A DNA stretch of 64,000 nucleotides from Chrysomallon squamiferum (Eukaryota; Animalia; Mollusca), in contig CM022670.1 in assembly GCA_012295275.1 (NCBI GenBank), forward strand, positions 4,898,001 through 4,962,000, in the 5' to 3' direction. The notes below the pieces were generated by a model, which did no database searches, was not told the origin of the DNA, and saw only the letters and a list, made by a program, of their open reading frames with translations. Positions 26,850-47,965 of this stretch are shown here, piece by piece; positions within the stretch are counted from its first letter, which is position 1; every line of letters begins with the position of its first letter. A program made the translations under genes and the position numbers.

Positions 26850-27997
26850 GATTTGGATGGATTGCAGCAGAAACTACACCGATTTGGCAGTTAGATTTCG
26901 TTATTAGGTTTAGTATACATATCCGTACAAAATCGAAGAAAACCAGTCAAAATTGGGTAATATTTCTTCGTTGTGTACATTTCACCTTTGTAAAGCATCG
27001 CAGAAGTTAACTATCATCAAAACGGATAAAAATTATTTTAATTAACGCTAATGGAATATTCATCATATTGTATTGATGTTGCTGCCAGTGATTGTGTACC
27101 CAAAATGGAAGCGGGCCACATTTATTAATATTAATACTTATTTGTTTATTTCTTAATTACTTTATTTTGGAGAAATTTATTAAGATGCCGTATATATTCT
27201 ATGATTTTTTTTTTTTTTTATACGGGTAAGAGAAACGGGAGAGAGGAGTTTATTTCCCGAGTTGACCTCATGATGAACTTCAGTTAATTCATTTTCAAAT
27301 GAATTAATCCATATTACTTAGTTTGCTGTACCTTGGGATGGAAAGGATAATCTACTCATAACAAATTCACTATCTCTATATCTGTTTGTTTGTTTGTTTA
27401 TTTGTTTTTATTTTTATTTATTTTACTATTAAAATAATGAAAAACTGTTATGTATTTTAATTTTAAGCAGATAATAAGCAAAAATGGTTAAAAAAGAATA
27501 GAAAAATATGGAAAATAGTTATTTGAAAATAAATTAATCAGTAGTGAGGATGTAGTTATTATTTTCTATATTAATATTTGATTTTACGTATTTATTTCCT
27601 TATTAATTTATTTATTTTTGTTTATTATTTATTTATTACTTAATAGACACTATCTTCTTTTTAGAATTAATTATTTATTAGTTTTAATCAAATTTTATTT
27701 ATTTCTTTATTTTATTTTATTATTATTATTTTTTTTAAATCTTTTTTCAAATATGTTTCACATAAAAACACATAACTTTCATAAATTGAAATGGCTCTTC
27801 TGAACCGACCCGCCAACATCTGAATTATGCTTCAGTAGACTGGTGCTCTTCCAAGAAATATAACAACTAAATAAAGAATAATTATATATCTGAAGAATGA
27901 AATTTATTACTATTTTTAAGTTTAGCTCGACAAAAAGAGAGGGTTGAGTTTCGCGCAAACTGGGATTTCCGGCGGACGTTTAAATACCGAGTAAACA
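26850..27997. promoter_or_regulatory. Divergent promoter region between Tim8/UQCC2 (-) and RAP1 (+)
   Basis: CpG-containing patches near both starts; E2F-like TTTCGCGC at 27949-27956 and ETS-like TTCCGG at about 27967. Confidence 0.5.
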
Positions 27998-35349
<7,352 letters not shown>

Positions 35350-36344
35350 ATTACATGTGACTCTTCTAAACCCACATGTTTATATTGAGTAACAAGGGGC
35401 TTCCAGATACACTCATTATTTCACTTTTTAAAATTATTATTGTTATTACAATTATTTATTTATTTATTTTTTATTTAGAGAATTGTGTTAATCTGCCTCA
35501 TAATCATATAAGATTTTATAAACTACTTTTATAGATTTCCATTACTTTTTAACACATTTAAAAAATTTCATTCTCAAAAAAAAATAATTTTCTTTTAAAT
35601 GTTTTATGTGTGAAAAATATTAAAAATATTTAGTTTTATGAGTATTATGTAAAATCATTTTCTCCAGTAGATAATAAAATATAATTACATAATTATGTGC
35701 ATTTTATCTTATGTACTGATTAACATTATCAGTGCTGTTGACATAAAAGTTAACATTATAATTGTATTACATAGTCCAGTATTGCAGAAAGTGGTAAATG
35801 AACTGTAAATAAGAAATGACTAATTGTTGACTCATAAATATCATGTTTCTTTGGAAATGTTGTTATAATTGTTATACACTCAAATTTCCCACAGGCAAAA
35901 CTGGTCTCAATCACTGTAAATATATTAATTATTTGAATAATACAATTTTAATTTTTCACTATGTTTTGTTACCTAGATAATTTCTTTTGTCTGTCTCCAT
36001 TGGCAGAATATGTATGGCATGTGACTACACACAGAGTAAATTAAATGTATTAATTACTGTACTAATAATATTTTATAAACCACTAAATGAAGATTAAAAT
36101 AAGAAATGAATCACCAGTATAACAAACATAAAAGGTATTAAGTAACATTTCAAAACAAAAAGATGGTTCAATGGTTCAGATTTAAGTTTACAGTTTTAGA
36201 CTGAAGATTTGGGTTTTAAGAAAATGTTTGAAATGTTGGTCTGGGGTTTGGGATTTAAGAAGGGTTTGGGTTTGGTTGCTATTTTTAGTTTGATACAAAA
36301 TTTTTGGATCAAAGAATCAGGAGTGGTGTTAGGTTGACATTTTT

Positions 36345-36348
<4 letters not shown>

Positions 36349-36427
<79 letters not shown>
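36349..36427. repeat. (TG)n microsatellite
   Basis: Directly visible. Confidence 0.95.
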
Positions 36428-36430
<3 letters not shown>

Positions 36431-39312
36431 CATGTATATATTAAATAAACATCTATAATCATACATTACATGTAACCAATTTGGACTTTAAGAATATTTT
36501 AATCTGCTTATCTTTTTAGACAAAATTTTTATTTACTTTTATCAATTCTGAATTTATGTCACAGGAAAATGAATTTTTTGAGATTTAATAAATGAATTCT
36601 TGTTAAAAACTTATATTTGAAATTTAGTTGAATATATTTAGATGTTCTAGTGCAATGACTTGTAAATTTAATCAAATATTCTCAAAGCTGTTTTATCACT
36701 AAAATAAGTGTTTTGTTATCTGTTTTTATTTTATTTTATTTTTTACTTTTATTTATTTATTTATTTATGTTGAAGATTATTTTCAGAGGTTTTTATTACA
36801 GCCATTTCAGATAAATGGATCTTCAAAACTTTTGAAATTTAGAATCAGTTGTGGCCTCTGGCAAACCTTTGGTTATGATAAATTACACAATGTTTGAATA
36901 CTTAGGTTTATTAATTATTATTGGATTCAAATTATCTTTGATAAAATTCAGGATCTGAAAACTAAAATTTTCTATGATTTATTTATTTTTGTTTTGTTTT
37001 TATTAAAGTGTTAAAAATATTGTTTTTCTTTTATCAAGAAAGTTATTTATAAGAAAGCAGATACTAGTTATGATTGTATGCTTTTATGTTTGGATAAATA
37101 TATCTCTGTTTGTCCACATACAAATGAACATATACACTTGATTGGCATTTGTTATTTGTGATGTATCTTTAGTCAGCATTGTTATTATTTGTAAAAACAA
37201 AAACAGAAGTCAGACAAACAAAAAATATATTAAAAGAAAAAAGAAACATCTTTTTCTTTTCCACTATTTTATTTTTTTACAAAATCAACAAAAATGAACA
37301 TACAAAAGAAAATGTTTAAAGTTTTTTCTCTAGATGTAGTTTCAAAACATAATTTCAAAGTTTTTGTTTTTAAAATATGAAAGTTAAAATATTCATTTTG
37401 AATTAATAATAATAGATAAAAAAAAAATCAATTTATATTAATTCATATATTACAAATTCAAAAACAAAATCATCTTTTTTTCTTTGTTGAAATATTTGAA
37501 AATAAGTAAACAAAGTATTAAAATAAATAAGTAATAATAATAATAAAAACTGAAATAAACAATACAATAATATGTGACAGCTATTACATATATAATAAAA
37601 GAAGAAATATTGCACAAAGACTTGTTACTGATTACGTAACACTGCATTTAGTATAAACACATAGGAATATGTACACATTTATGTACTCTATGTACATATT
37701 TATGTATGGTGGTATTTATGTAGGTATTTAAGTATGTATGGTTTTATGCATGAATGTATATTAGACTATATATGTATGTGTTCAAGTTTGTAGGGTTGTA
37801 TTTGTATAGTGTGTGTGTGTGTGTAAAACTACATGTACATAAACTTGTTTCTGTAATTATGGAAGTATGTATGTTGTGTGTGTACACATTTATGTATGTA
37901 TGTATGTTTGGATTCTGTGTGCATATTGTTATGTAACAGAACAGTCTGCTGCTAGACACCACCATAGAAAAAAACAAAACAAACAGTCTTATGTTTTAAG
38001 TGTTAATAACTTTTTACATGACAATAGACCTCTGTTTGGTCACATATTTTTGAAAATTATTTTTTAGATACAGAAAAGATGTGTGTATGTGTGTGTAAAA
38101 AATATAATTAAAAATATTCAAAAAGTATAAAAATACACTGACTGAAGCACAACCTTGAATGTCCAAAAGTTTCAGTTCTCGAATTGTGGATCTATTGTTC
38201 GCCAATGTAATTAGATCATTTTTAGTGCTATGATGTACAGAGTTGCTAATAATCATGATTATCAAATAATCTGATTGTATACATCTTTTAAAAACCTCTA
38301 ATTTTCTCAGAAGTTTCAAAATAGACATATGGCTAGCTCTATAAGCATTCACAATATGAACAACATGTTTCTGAAATAGGATTTCATATGACATAGTTTA
38401 TATTTTATTCCAGTGACTGATAAAGTTTTGATAACAAATAGGCCTAGAAAAATATGATTTTTAAAATTATAGATTTTGTATAATGTACATTGTGGAAATG
38501 TATATTGAAATTTTGTTGCCAGAATGAAGTAATATTACAGTAATAAATATAAATTATTTTAAAATTTATTCTTGATTTAAATTTAAAAAAAAAACATGAT
38601 AAATATTCCATTAATTAGAATTTCTGACATTTTAGGGATGATATATGAAAAGGATCTACTGTATTATACATTAGATTATAATAATTTAACAAATACTTAA
38701 CATATCAGCCAAATATTAAATTGCATTTACAAATTATTTTTTTTTTTCACATTTTGTAACAAATTTATAATGCATATACAGGTAATATTTTATAAACACA
38801 AAATATAACATTTTTCAACAAACATGCTTAAAATATCTCAGAACATTTCATAACATCTGTGTGACTTATAAATTAAAATGAACAAAATATAACAAATTTA
38901 AAGATAATGTATATATTATATAAATATGTACAGTGTTGAACATTTTGTCTCTGGATAAACAAAATAACAGATAATACTTTTAGTATATTACTAATACTTA
39001 AGTAATACTCGGATTTAATCTCAACTACTTATATAATACTTAAGTAATATTTTAATGTTAGTAATACTTAAGTAATTCTTATAGTGTATTACTAATATTC
39101 ATGTAATATCAGCAACAACAGCTGTCTTTGATAAATCTGATAAACCTTTGATCCCAGAATAATTGTGAATTTATTCAGTGAGTGGAAAATAACAAATCAG
39201 ATGATAAACACAGTCAGTGCTTCTTAATCTCTGTGTGTCTTTTTATAAAGTTTCCATAGCAAATTAAGAAGAGGTTTTCACTCTCTTAATTTTACATACA
39301 AGAATAATTACC

Positions 39313-39343
<31 letters not shown>

Positions 39344-39760
39344 AATAGACTTTTCTTGCATTATTTTATTATTTTAAAAATATAGCTTAGTATTTAAAAT
39401 AATGTCATTAAAAAATGAGGAAACTGGATATTACGAATGCCCATTTATTAACATTTTCCTCTTTTGATACAAGGCACCAAGCCCTGGTTCAGCACCTCAG
39501 AAGAAGCAAATAATATATTGTTAGCAAACAGGTAAAGGAAAACAAAAATAAAAAGAGGTAAACTCATAAATTAACAGGTAATGAACACACAAAATATTTT
39601 TATTTTTATTTTCAAGTAATAACAAAACTATATACACTGCCTGTCAGGAAAAAGACAAAACAAAAATACATCTTCACCCAGGAAGTCTCCTGTAATGTTC
39701 CCCTTCAACAGTCAATAACCCCACCCGAAAAACACCCCACAAGAATTTACAACTTCTCCT

Positions 39761-40047
39761 TCACTCCGTTATCTCTGAAAAGTTAATTTTGTCACCTTCG
39801 GGTAACTGAAATGCCATGCAAGGGTTCATTTCTTGTTGACAGCGTCCAGTCATTTGATTTGTTGAAGGCTGCATCATCATGTGACTGGACACAGAATTGT
39901 CCACTACCATTTGATCTGTCTGCTGATGTGACATCACCATCTGTCCATCTGTCCTCATGACTGAAAAATAGTTTTTAAAATACTGTTGTAATGTTGTTTT
40001 TTTAGAATTAAATAATGTATGCAACAGTGAAATGAAAGCTTTATTTT

Positions 40048-40116
<69 letters not shown>

Positions 40117-41576
40117 TGATGTAAAATTCAAACACAGAAATATAAATAAATAAATAAACAATAATAATAATAAAAACAAGAAATAAGGGTAATAATATTT
40201 AAAAAGATAAAAAAAATAATAAATAAATAAAAAATAAAAATATACATAAAAACAAAAAATAAAAGTAAGTATATTTAAAAACGGAGAAAAATAAAAAAAA
40301 CTTTTCTATCATCTAACCTGAACTACTCTCAACTGACATGGCCTGCACTGAAGGAGGGTTAGAAATGGTGAGCTCATTTGCTATCGCTGTCAAGTGTTGC
40401 TGCTGTATTCGAATAGCATCCTGTAGCTTCATGTGCTTCAGAAGCAGATGATCATGTAGTAGTCGCTGTACTGTTGTCAGGTATGCCTCTGATGTTGCTG
40501 CCGACTGCAAAAAAACAACAACAACCAATTGTTACCTTGTAATGCACATTTTGAAGTTTATAATATATATATTCATCCTGCAATCACTATATGTAGCAGT
40601 AAAATATGGTGACTAGATAAATTGGTATATTTTTGTTAAATTATTTGTTATTTACATATATGTGTCATTCTAAGTTATTTCTTTAGTGTTTAATTGCTGG
40701 TTTAGATCTTAAAATTTTTTTTTTTTTAAAACAGTTTCCATTAAAAAAGTTTTTAATTTATTTAAGAACTTTTTGTTTTGATGTTTAGTGATGAAGAAAT
40801 CAATACTATGCTATGTTATACTATTACTGTCCTATACTCTCTACAGTAGTATACTATACTATACAATACTATACTATACTATACTATACTATACTATACT
40901 ATACTATACTATACTATACTATACTGATACATATGCTATAGCATTCTTTACTATGTTATATGATACAAAACTATACTGTACTGTATTATACTATTCTATA
41001 CTATACTAAACTACACCAATACCAAAAAAATAGCATACTTTACTAGGTTATACCATACTATGCTGTTCTGTTCTGGTACTATACTAGAGTACAAAATTAG
41101 CTATGCTAAACTAGACTGCAGTAATCTGTTCGAGATTATATTAGACTCAGTTTGACTAGAACTTAGACTAGACTAGAGAAATAAGAACTAAATTCACAGA
41201 GCCATCTTCCTCTTACTGTATTAAACAGTGAATACATTTATGATGGATAAAAAGATTAGATTATCTTGGCTGCTGCACCTGGGGAGACAGGTGGAGCCAC
41301 CTTCCCCCTCCCCTCAATAAATTGGCCAGTTGTGATCATCGTCCAAAGAATTTTACCTTTTTAAATAATTATTCTGTTCATAATCAGTTTTATAGCTCAA
41401 TGTTAGATTTATATATTAGATAATTAATATTCCTATCCAATACTCCTGCCATGATGTGCTAAACAGTCATTGATAAATAACTTTTATTATTTTTAATTCA
41501 TCAGCCTTAATTTATATAAAACATTAACGTCTTTTATCTCAATAAAATATTATTATTAATGTCCATAAGCAATTAA

Positions 41577-41609
<33 letters not shown>

Positions 41610-41631
41610 TAATAATAATAATAATAATAAA

Positions 41632-41690
<59 letters not shown>

Positions 41691-44600
41691 TAATCTATAT
41701 TTTCTGTATTCTCACATGTACAGTATCATATGCATTTATTAATATAAATTTTTACCTGTTGACTGTTTGACTCTGAAGCTACAGGTGACATGTTATTTGC
41801 TACAGGTGGTAAACTGTCCATGGAGGAACTGGGTAGCTGTGAAATAAAAACAAGATAAATTTTGTTAAACACTAATGTTTTTTTTTGTTTTGTTTTGTTT
41901 TGTTTCTTTTTTTATTTGTACCAACCAGACAAACTTCAGTAAGATGATGAAATATTTGCAAGCATGATATATTAGTAGATTTAATGACATTAAACAAAAT
42001 ATTAGCTTCATAGTGCTAAATTTAAATGAGAAAAGGAAAAACACTCACAAAACCCTCCCCCCAAAACCCTCCCCCAAAAAAAGACAAAAACAAAATATAG
42101 TACTTTCAACTTTTTCTTGCAGAATATCAAATTAAACTTGTGTGTTTTGGGGGATTTTGGTTTCTTTCTGTTGTTGTGATGTATAATATACATATCTTGT
42201 TAATATTTTAGGTCACAAACGCAGAAATGGTACAGAAACTTCTCAGGTTTGAAATTTTTAATGTTTTCTGATTTCCAAAATTTATTTCTAACTGTCCTTA
42301 ATCTCTAGATATTAAAAAGAGTCAGAATTCTCTGAACAGTAAGCTAAATAGGCAGAGTGGATTTAACAGTATTTACGCCAGATCCTAGCTGAATAATATC
42401 GGTTTACATCAAGGCACGGGGTTGATAAACTGAATGACTAAATTGTAATGAAACTCTCCTCAGTACAATTATCACATGCAACCAAGTTGTCCGAGTAGCA
42501 GCTGCCTTATAACCATTACAAGAATCAAACTAAGGGATTTCTGTCATGCAGTCCTGATACAATAAACTGGTTTAGTAATTTATTATAAAGCATATCAATG
42601 AAAAGAAAATGTTCTGAAACAGCTGAACTCATCATTCTGTATCTTCAAAACATCATCATGATGGCTTGCTAGTTATATGTACACTGACAGAAGAAATGTT
42701 TGAGTAAATTGCTCTGCTTTTCATGCTATGTTATTACAACTAAAGAAAAATGGTGGCACCCAGATAAATACAAAATAAAATTTTATTAGATTATATTAAG
42801 ACTGTTTCTTTGCATTCCAAATGTACGCTTTAAACAGAGTAACACCGTCTAGACAAACACCTATTATCTTTGAAAATCTATGAAGTAGCCAGGACTGAAG
42901 ATTACAGAATATTTAGTGACTCATGTGATCCTGATTAAATCTCAGCCGTTAGAACTTATCAGTGAAATGTTTACCTGAAAGCCTGGCGGCAGTGTCACCA
43001 TATTTTGAGACTGACTGGTGCTGTTGACGGGGGTGACATTGGTCACCATCTGGTCACAGTCGTTTGGTATCTGTTGATTTTCCATGTGAATGAACATCTG
43101 CTGCTGATGGAGGAGAGTGAAGAGCTGGTCGACGGTGATGAGTCTGTTGCCCTGATTCATGTCCATCTCAGTCGAGTGTGGAACCTGGGACGATTCTGTG
43201 CTCTCCACGCGATTTGTACCTGAAACAGACAGACAAGATATAGCATAACTTTAACATAAGACTAATGATGTTATTTGTACCTAAAATAAACAGACAAGAT
43301 ATAGCATAACTTTAACATAAGACTAATGATGTTATTTGTACCTAAAATAAACAGACAAGATAGATATATCATAACTTTAACATAAGACTAATGATGTTAT
43401 TTGTACCTAAAATAAACAGACAAGATAGATATATCATAACTTTAACATAAGACTAATGATGTTATTTGTACCTAAAATAAACAGACAAGATATATCATAA
43501 CTTTAACATACTACTAATGATGTTATTTGTACCTAAAATAAACAGACAAGATAGATATATCATAACTTTAACATAAGACTAATGATGTTATTTGTACCTA
43601 AAATAAACAGACAAGATATAGCATAACTTTAACATAAGACTAATGATGTTATTTGTACCTAAAATAAACAGACAAGATAGATATATCATAACTTTAACAT
43701 ACTACTAATGATGTTATTTGTACCTAAAATAAACAGACAAGATATAGCATAACTTTAACATAAGACTAATGATGTTATTTGTACCTAAAATAAACAGACA
43801 AGATATATCATAACTTTAACATACTACTAATGATGGTATTTGTACCTAAAATAAACAGACAAGATAGATATATCATAACTTTAACATAAGACTAATGATG
43901 TTATTTGTACCTAAAATAAACAGACAAGATAGATATATCATAACCTTAACATATTATAACATATTATAACATATTATAAAGAACAAGAGAACAAAGTGAA
44001 GCTAATGGTATTATGTAATTATTTATCATTTTCTCTTTTTTATTATATTTTATTTATTTATTATTACATTAACATATAAAGAACGAGAAAAACTTAGACT
44101 AATGATATTATGTAATTACTTATTATTCTCTCTCTCTTTTTTTTTTTTTTTTTTAATTTGTTTAATTTATTTTTGGTTGTTGTTACTATCTACTACATTA
44201 ACATTTATACCTGACTGTGGCCTGGAAAACATTTCAGGAGATTTTGGCAAAACTGCAGCCACTTGATCATGAAAGCTGTTTGAACAGTGTGAAGGACACT
44301 GGTAACTGTTTTTTGTTTCAAACTTGTCAAAGGACATCATTTCTGAATCTCCTTCACAACATCCCACTTCTTTTCTCAGTTCTTCACGCACGTCGGAATA
44401 ACTGGAACAAAATAAAAACTGGTGTGAGATTTGTTATTTATTCAGTGTCTCACAGTGTTACAGAATCTCTGACCCATGAGCAGTACTTTGATTACTGTAA
44501 TCTCTGTAATAATCTGTATTAAAAAAGTTACACTGACAACAGCTATCAGCATTTGTAAAAATGTTTACTGTGCAATATTTAAATCTTATGGGTGTTCAAG

Positions 44601-47600
44601 CTAATACATTTATATACAATCACTAATCCTTCATATCTCAATGGATTTCTGGCCACTTACATTATGATTATGAAGCTTTATTGTCAGCATAGATTAGTTT
44701 CTTAAATAAATTAAGCACATATACTACTATCTTCCTATTTAAACTATTGTTCTTAGTGGAATATACTACTATATTACTATTTCAAATGAAATTCTGATTG
44801 GAATGTACTATTTTCTTGGACACTAAGGTTAAAAGTTACCTGTGCACTGTGTTGGTGCAGACGATGAACTCGGGTTTTGAATTCCACTGGTGGTAGGTGA
44901 TGTAGTACTGAGTTTTTACCCAGATCCACTGCTGACCTTTTGTCAGGAAGCGGTACAGACAGGTTGTCCCTTTTCCCATTTGCATCACTGTCAAAAAAAA
45001 CAAAAAGAAAATGAGAGGTGATATTCCTGGGTAACAAGAGAGTGATGGAAACGGGTTTCAGGAACAAGGGGTATGTGCCACAGTCAACAAGGCTGAAGTT
45101 GAGGAAAAGCAGGGAAGCAGACACCATAAGCTGAGCAATCTCAGTATTGTTTATTTCTTCACTGACTGGAAGATGTTGTCTTGTGAAGTATTTCAGTTTG
45201 CTCATTTTTCAAAGAGGAGCACCTGTCTGACATTTGCAGATATTTGATATTTAATAAGATGTTTCCACTTGCTTTGCTAAATAAATGTCTCAGACTCTAA
45301 GCAGTAGACTGGTAAATATCTTATTTAATAAATCCAACAGAAAACAAAGCATTAATTTAAAACGCTAAAGATAGAAGATTATTAGTCAAAAATTGATAAA
45401 AATTTCAATGATTACAAAAATTCTGCCATGCAGATTTTTGCAGCTTCATAAAACTATGGTGATGACAAACGTTTATATGAATATTTGCTAATATCATTGT
45501 CCAACCCCCAGGTTGATGTTTGTGTAAAGTAGGCAAACAAATAGGCAGAAAAACAGAAATAAAATGTAACTTAGATTGTACAAAGGTAAAAAGATGATTT
45601 AGTTATTTGTTCGTAACTGAATAAGTGTTAAAAATTTTTTTTCTTGCTAGTAGGGGATGCAGTTAAATGAAAAAAAAAAAAAAATTTTTTAATTTTATTT
45701 TTCATCATTTTTGGTATGTTGTTTTTTTTGTGGGATGTATTTTTTTTAAATATAATTTTTTGGAAAAACGGGTTGGCATGAATGCACAAGAAATAGAGGA
45801 AATCTGGTCTTAGTTACTGCTATGCAATTCTGGTGACTGTTATACTTTGTTGTTAACAAAGATTGATTAGAATTTAGTAAGAAACCAGTTAAATACATGA
45901 TAGGATGTACAATCACACATTAAAGATTAATAATTCAAAATTAAAATATAAATACTTTATCACAAACAGTGAAAAAAGTTTTACATCCTTTACAAAAAAA
46001 TTAAAATTATCTATAACTTACACTGATCATGACATTTGCAGATTTTCTCCAAATCATCTGGATGATAGTAGTCATAGCCAGAGGTTCCAAGAACTTCAAA
46101 AGGCAGATAACCAATGATGGGTGGAGCTCTGAAAATTAACACAAAAATATTAACACATTTAGATGAATTTACACACAAGTAAACACAAACCTACATCTCT
46201 GAGAAACATTCAGCTGAATTTACACACAAGTAAACACAAACCTACATCTCTGAGAAACATTCAGCTGAATTTACACACAAGTAAACACAAACCTACATCT
46301 CTGAGAAACATTCAGCTGAATTTACACACACGTAAACACAAACCTACATCTGCCTGCCTTTCTAATTTCTTTATATATTTTCCATTTTTTTAATTTTATA
46401 TTTCCTGTGTTGAGTAAATGATTATGTGTGTGGGGTGTGTGTGGGTGGGTGTGTTGGGTGAATGAGGGTATGTGAACAGACTGCTAACCATGAACTGGAC
46501 TGAAACTTTGCTTTACCATAAATAATCAGAAAGTTCTGAAACATCTGATTCATTTTGTAATCATTTGCAACTGGAATTAAAAATTATGTTATTTTTGTCA
46601 TCAGTCGCTATGGATACAGCATCTATCGGTGATGTTATAAATATCTTTATTAGCAGTGTACACATCAGCTATCATTTTTTTGTTATTGTTTTTTGCAGTG
46701 TGTGTGTGTGTTTGAGTTTGTGTGTGTGTTTGTGTGTATGTAGTATGTACATGTGTGTTTGTATATGAGTATGTATGCATGTATGTATGTGTGTGTGTGT
46801 GTGGATAGGCTAATGTTTGTACATAATTCAATATAAGCTGTGTTTTGTACATAAGCAGTCTACCAAAATGAACCCTTTATTAATAAATATTTTTCATTTT
46901 ATGTTTATTCTGCATATTTGCATTTGCATATGTGTGTGCATATTTAATTTTGTATGAGTAATTTGTAAATTTATATGAACACATCCTGATTTCATAAAAC
47001 ATAAAAGATAATTAACATGCACCTTCTATTCAAGATAATTAACAGGCACCTTCTATTCAAGATAATTAACAGGCACCTTCTCTTCAAGATAATTAACATG
47101 CACCTTCTATTCAAGATAATTAACAGGCACCTTCTATTCAAGATAATTAACAGGCACCTTCTATTCAAGATAATTAACAGGCACCTTCTATTCAAGATAA
47201 TTAACAGGCACCTTCTCTTCAAGATAATTAACATGCACCTTCTCTTCAAGATAATTAACATGCACCTTCTATTCAGCATTCATATTTTTACCTGTGATCT
47301 AGGAAGAGAAACTTCCACTCGAGAGAAAGTCTTGAGGTGAACTCTGACGATGATTCGCTGATGACTGACAGTTCTCTGACAATCTGACACTTCTTCATTT
47401 GAACTGTGCAGCAGAAACACACAGACTCTGACGATGGAGAAGGGACACCAAAACTGTTATCTGTGATTTCTGAAACAAAAACAATTTGTATTCATACAGC
47501 TCTTCCTTTCTTTTACTGTCATGTATAATATTTATCCTGTATATTGTAAATTACAATATCTGAAATGTTTTCTGTGATGTCTGAAACAAAAACAAGAACA

Positions 47601-47909
47601 TTTCATACAGCTCTTCTTTTTTTTTTTTTTTTTTACTGAAAACAGTGCATTTCATTTCTAATATAATACTTCTTTTATATATATTCTGTGCATTGCATAT
47701 CGCAAAACTAAATATAGAAAAATGAATATGTTTTTGAAAGATACAACAGAAATGGATAGAAGATAACTGGTTTGACAGGTAAAAAGATAAGGGAGTAGAA
47801 ATAATTAGGTAATATATAAATGGATGAATGGATGGATGGATGGATGGGAGATAATTATTTAATAAATGGACAGACATTCAAATTTATTGATATGTACAGA
47901 GATAGACAG

Positions 47910-47965
<56 letters not shown>

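Noticed and set aside
43212-43952. CRISPR-like appearance of the regular repeats (also 47006-47276 and 60947-61215)
   Set aside because: Head-to-tail units with no unique spacers, no cas genes, and eukaryotic intronic context.
44777-45205. 142-aa minus-strand ORF
   Set aside because: Overlaps the CLOCK PAC exon in a different frame plus intron sequence.
46992-47340. Repetitive ORFs on both strands
   Set aside because: Products of the 27-bp minisatellite.
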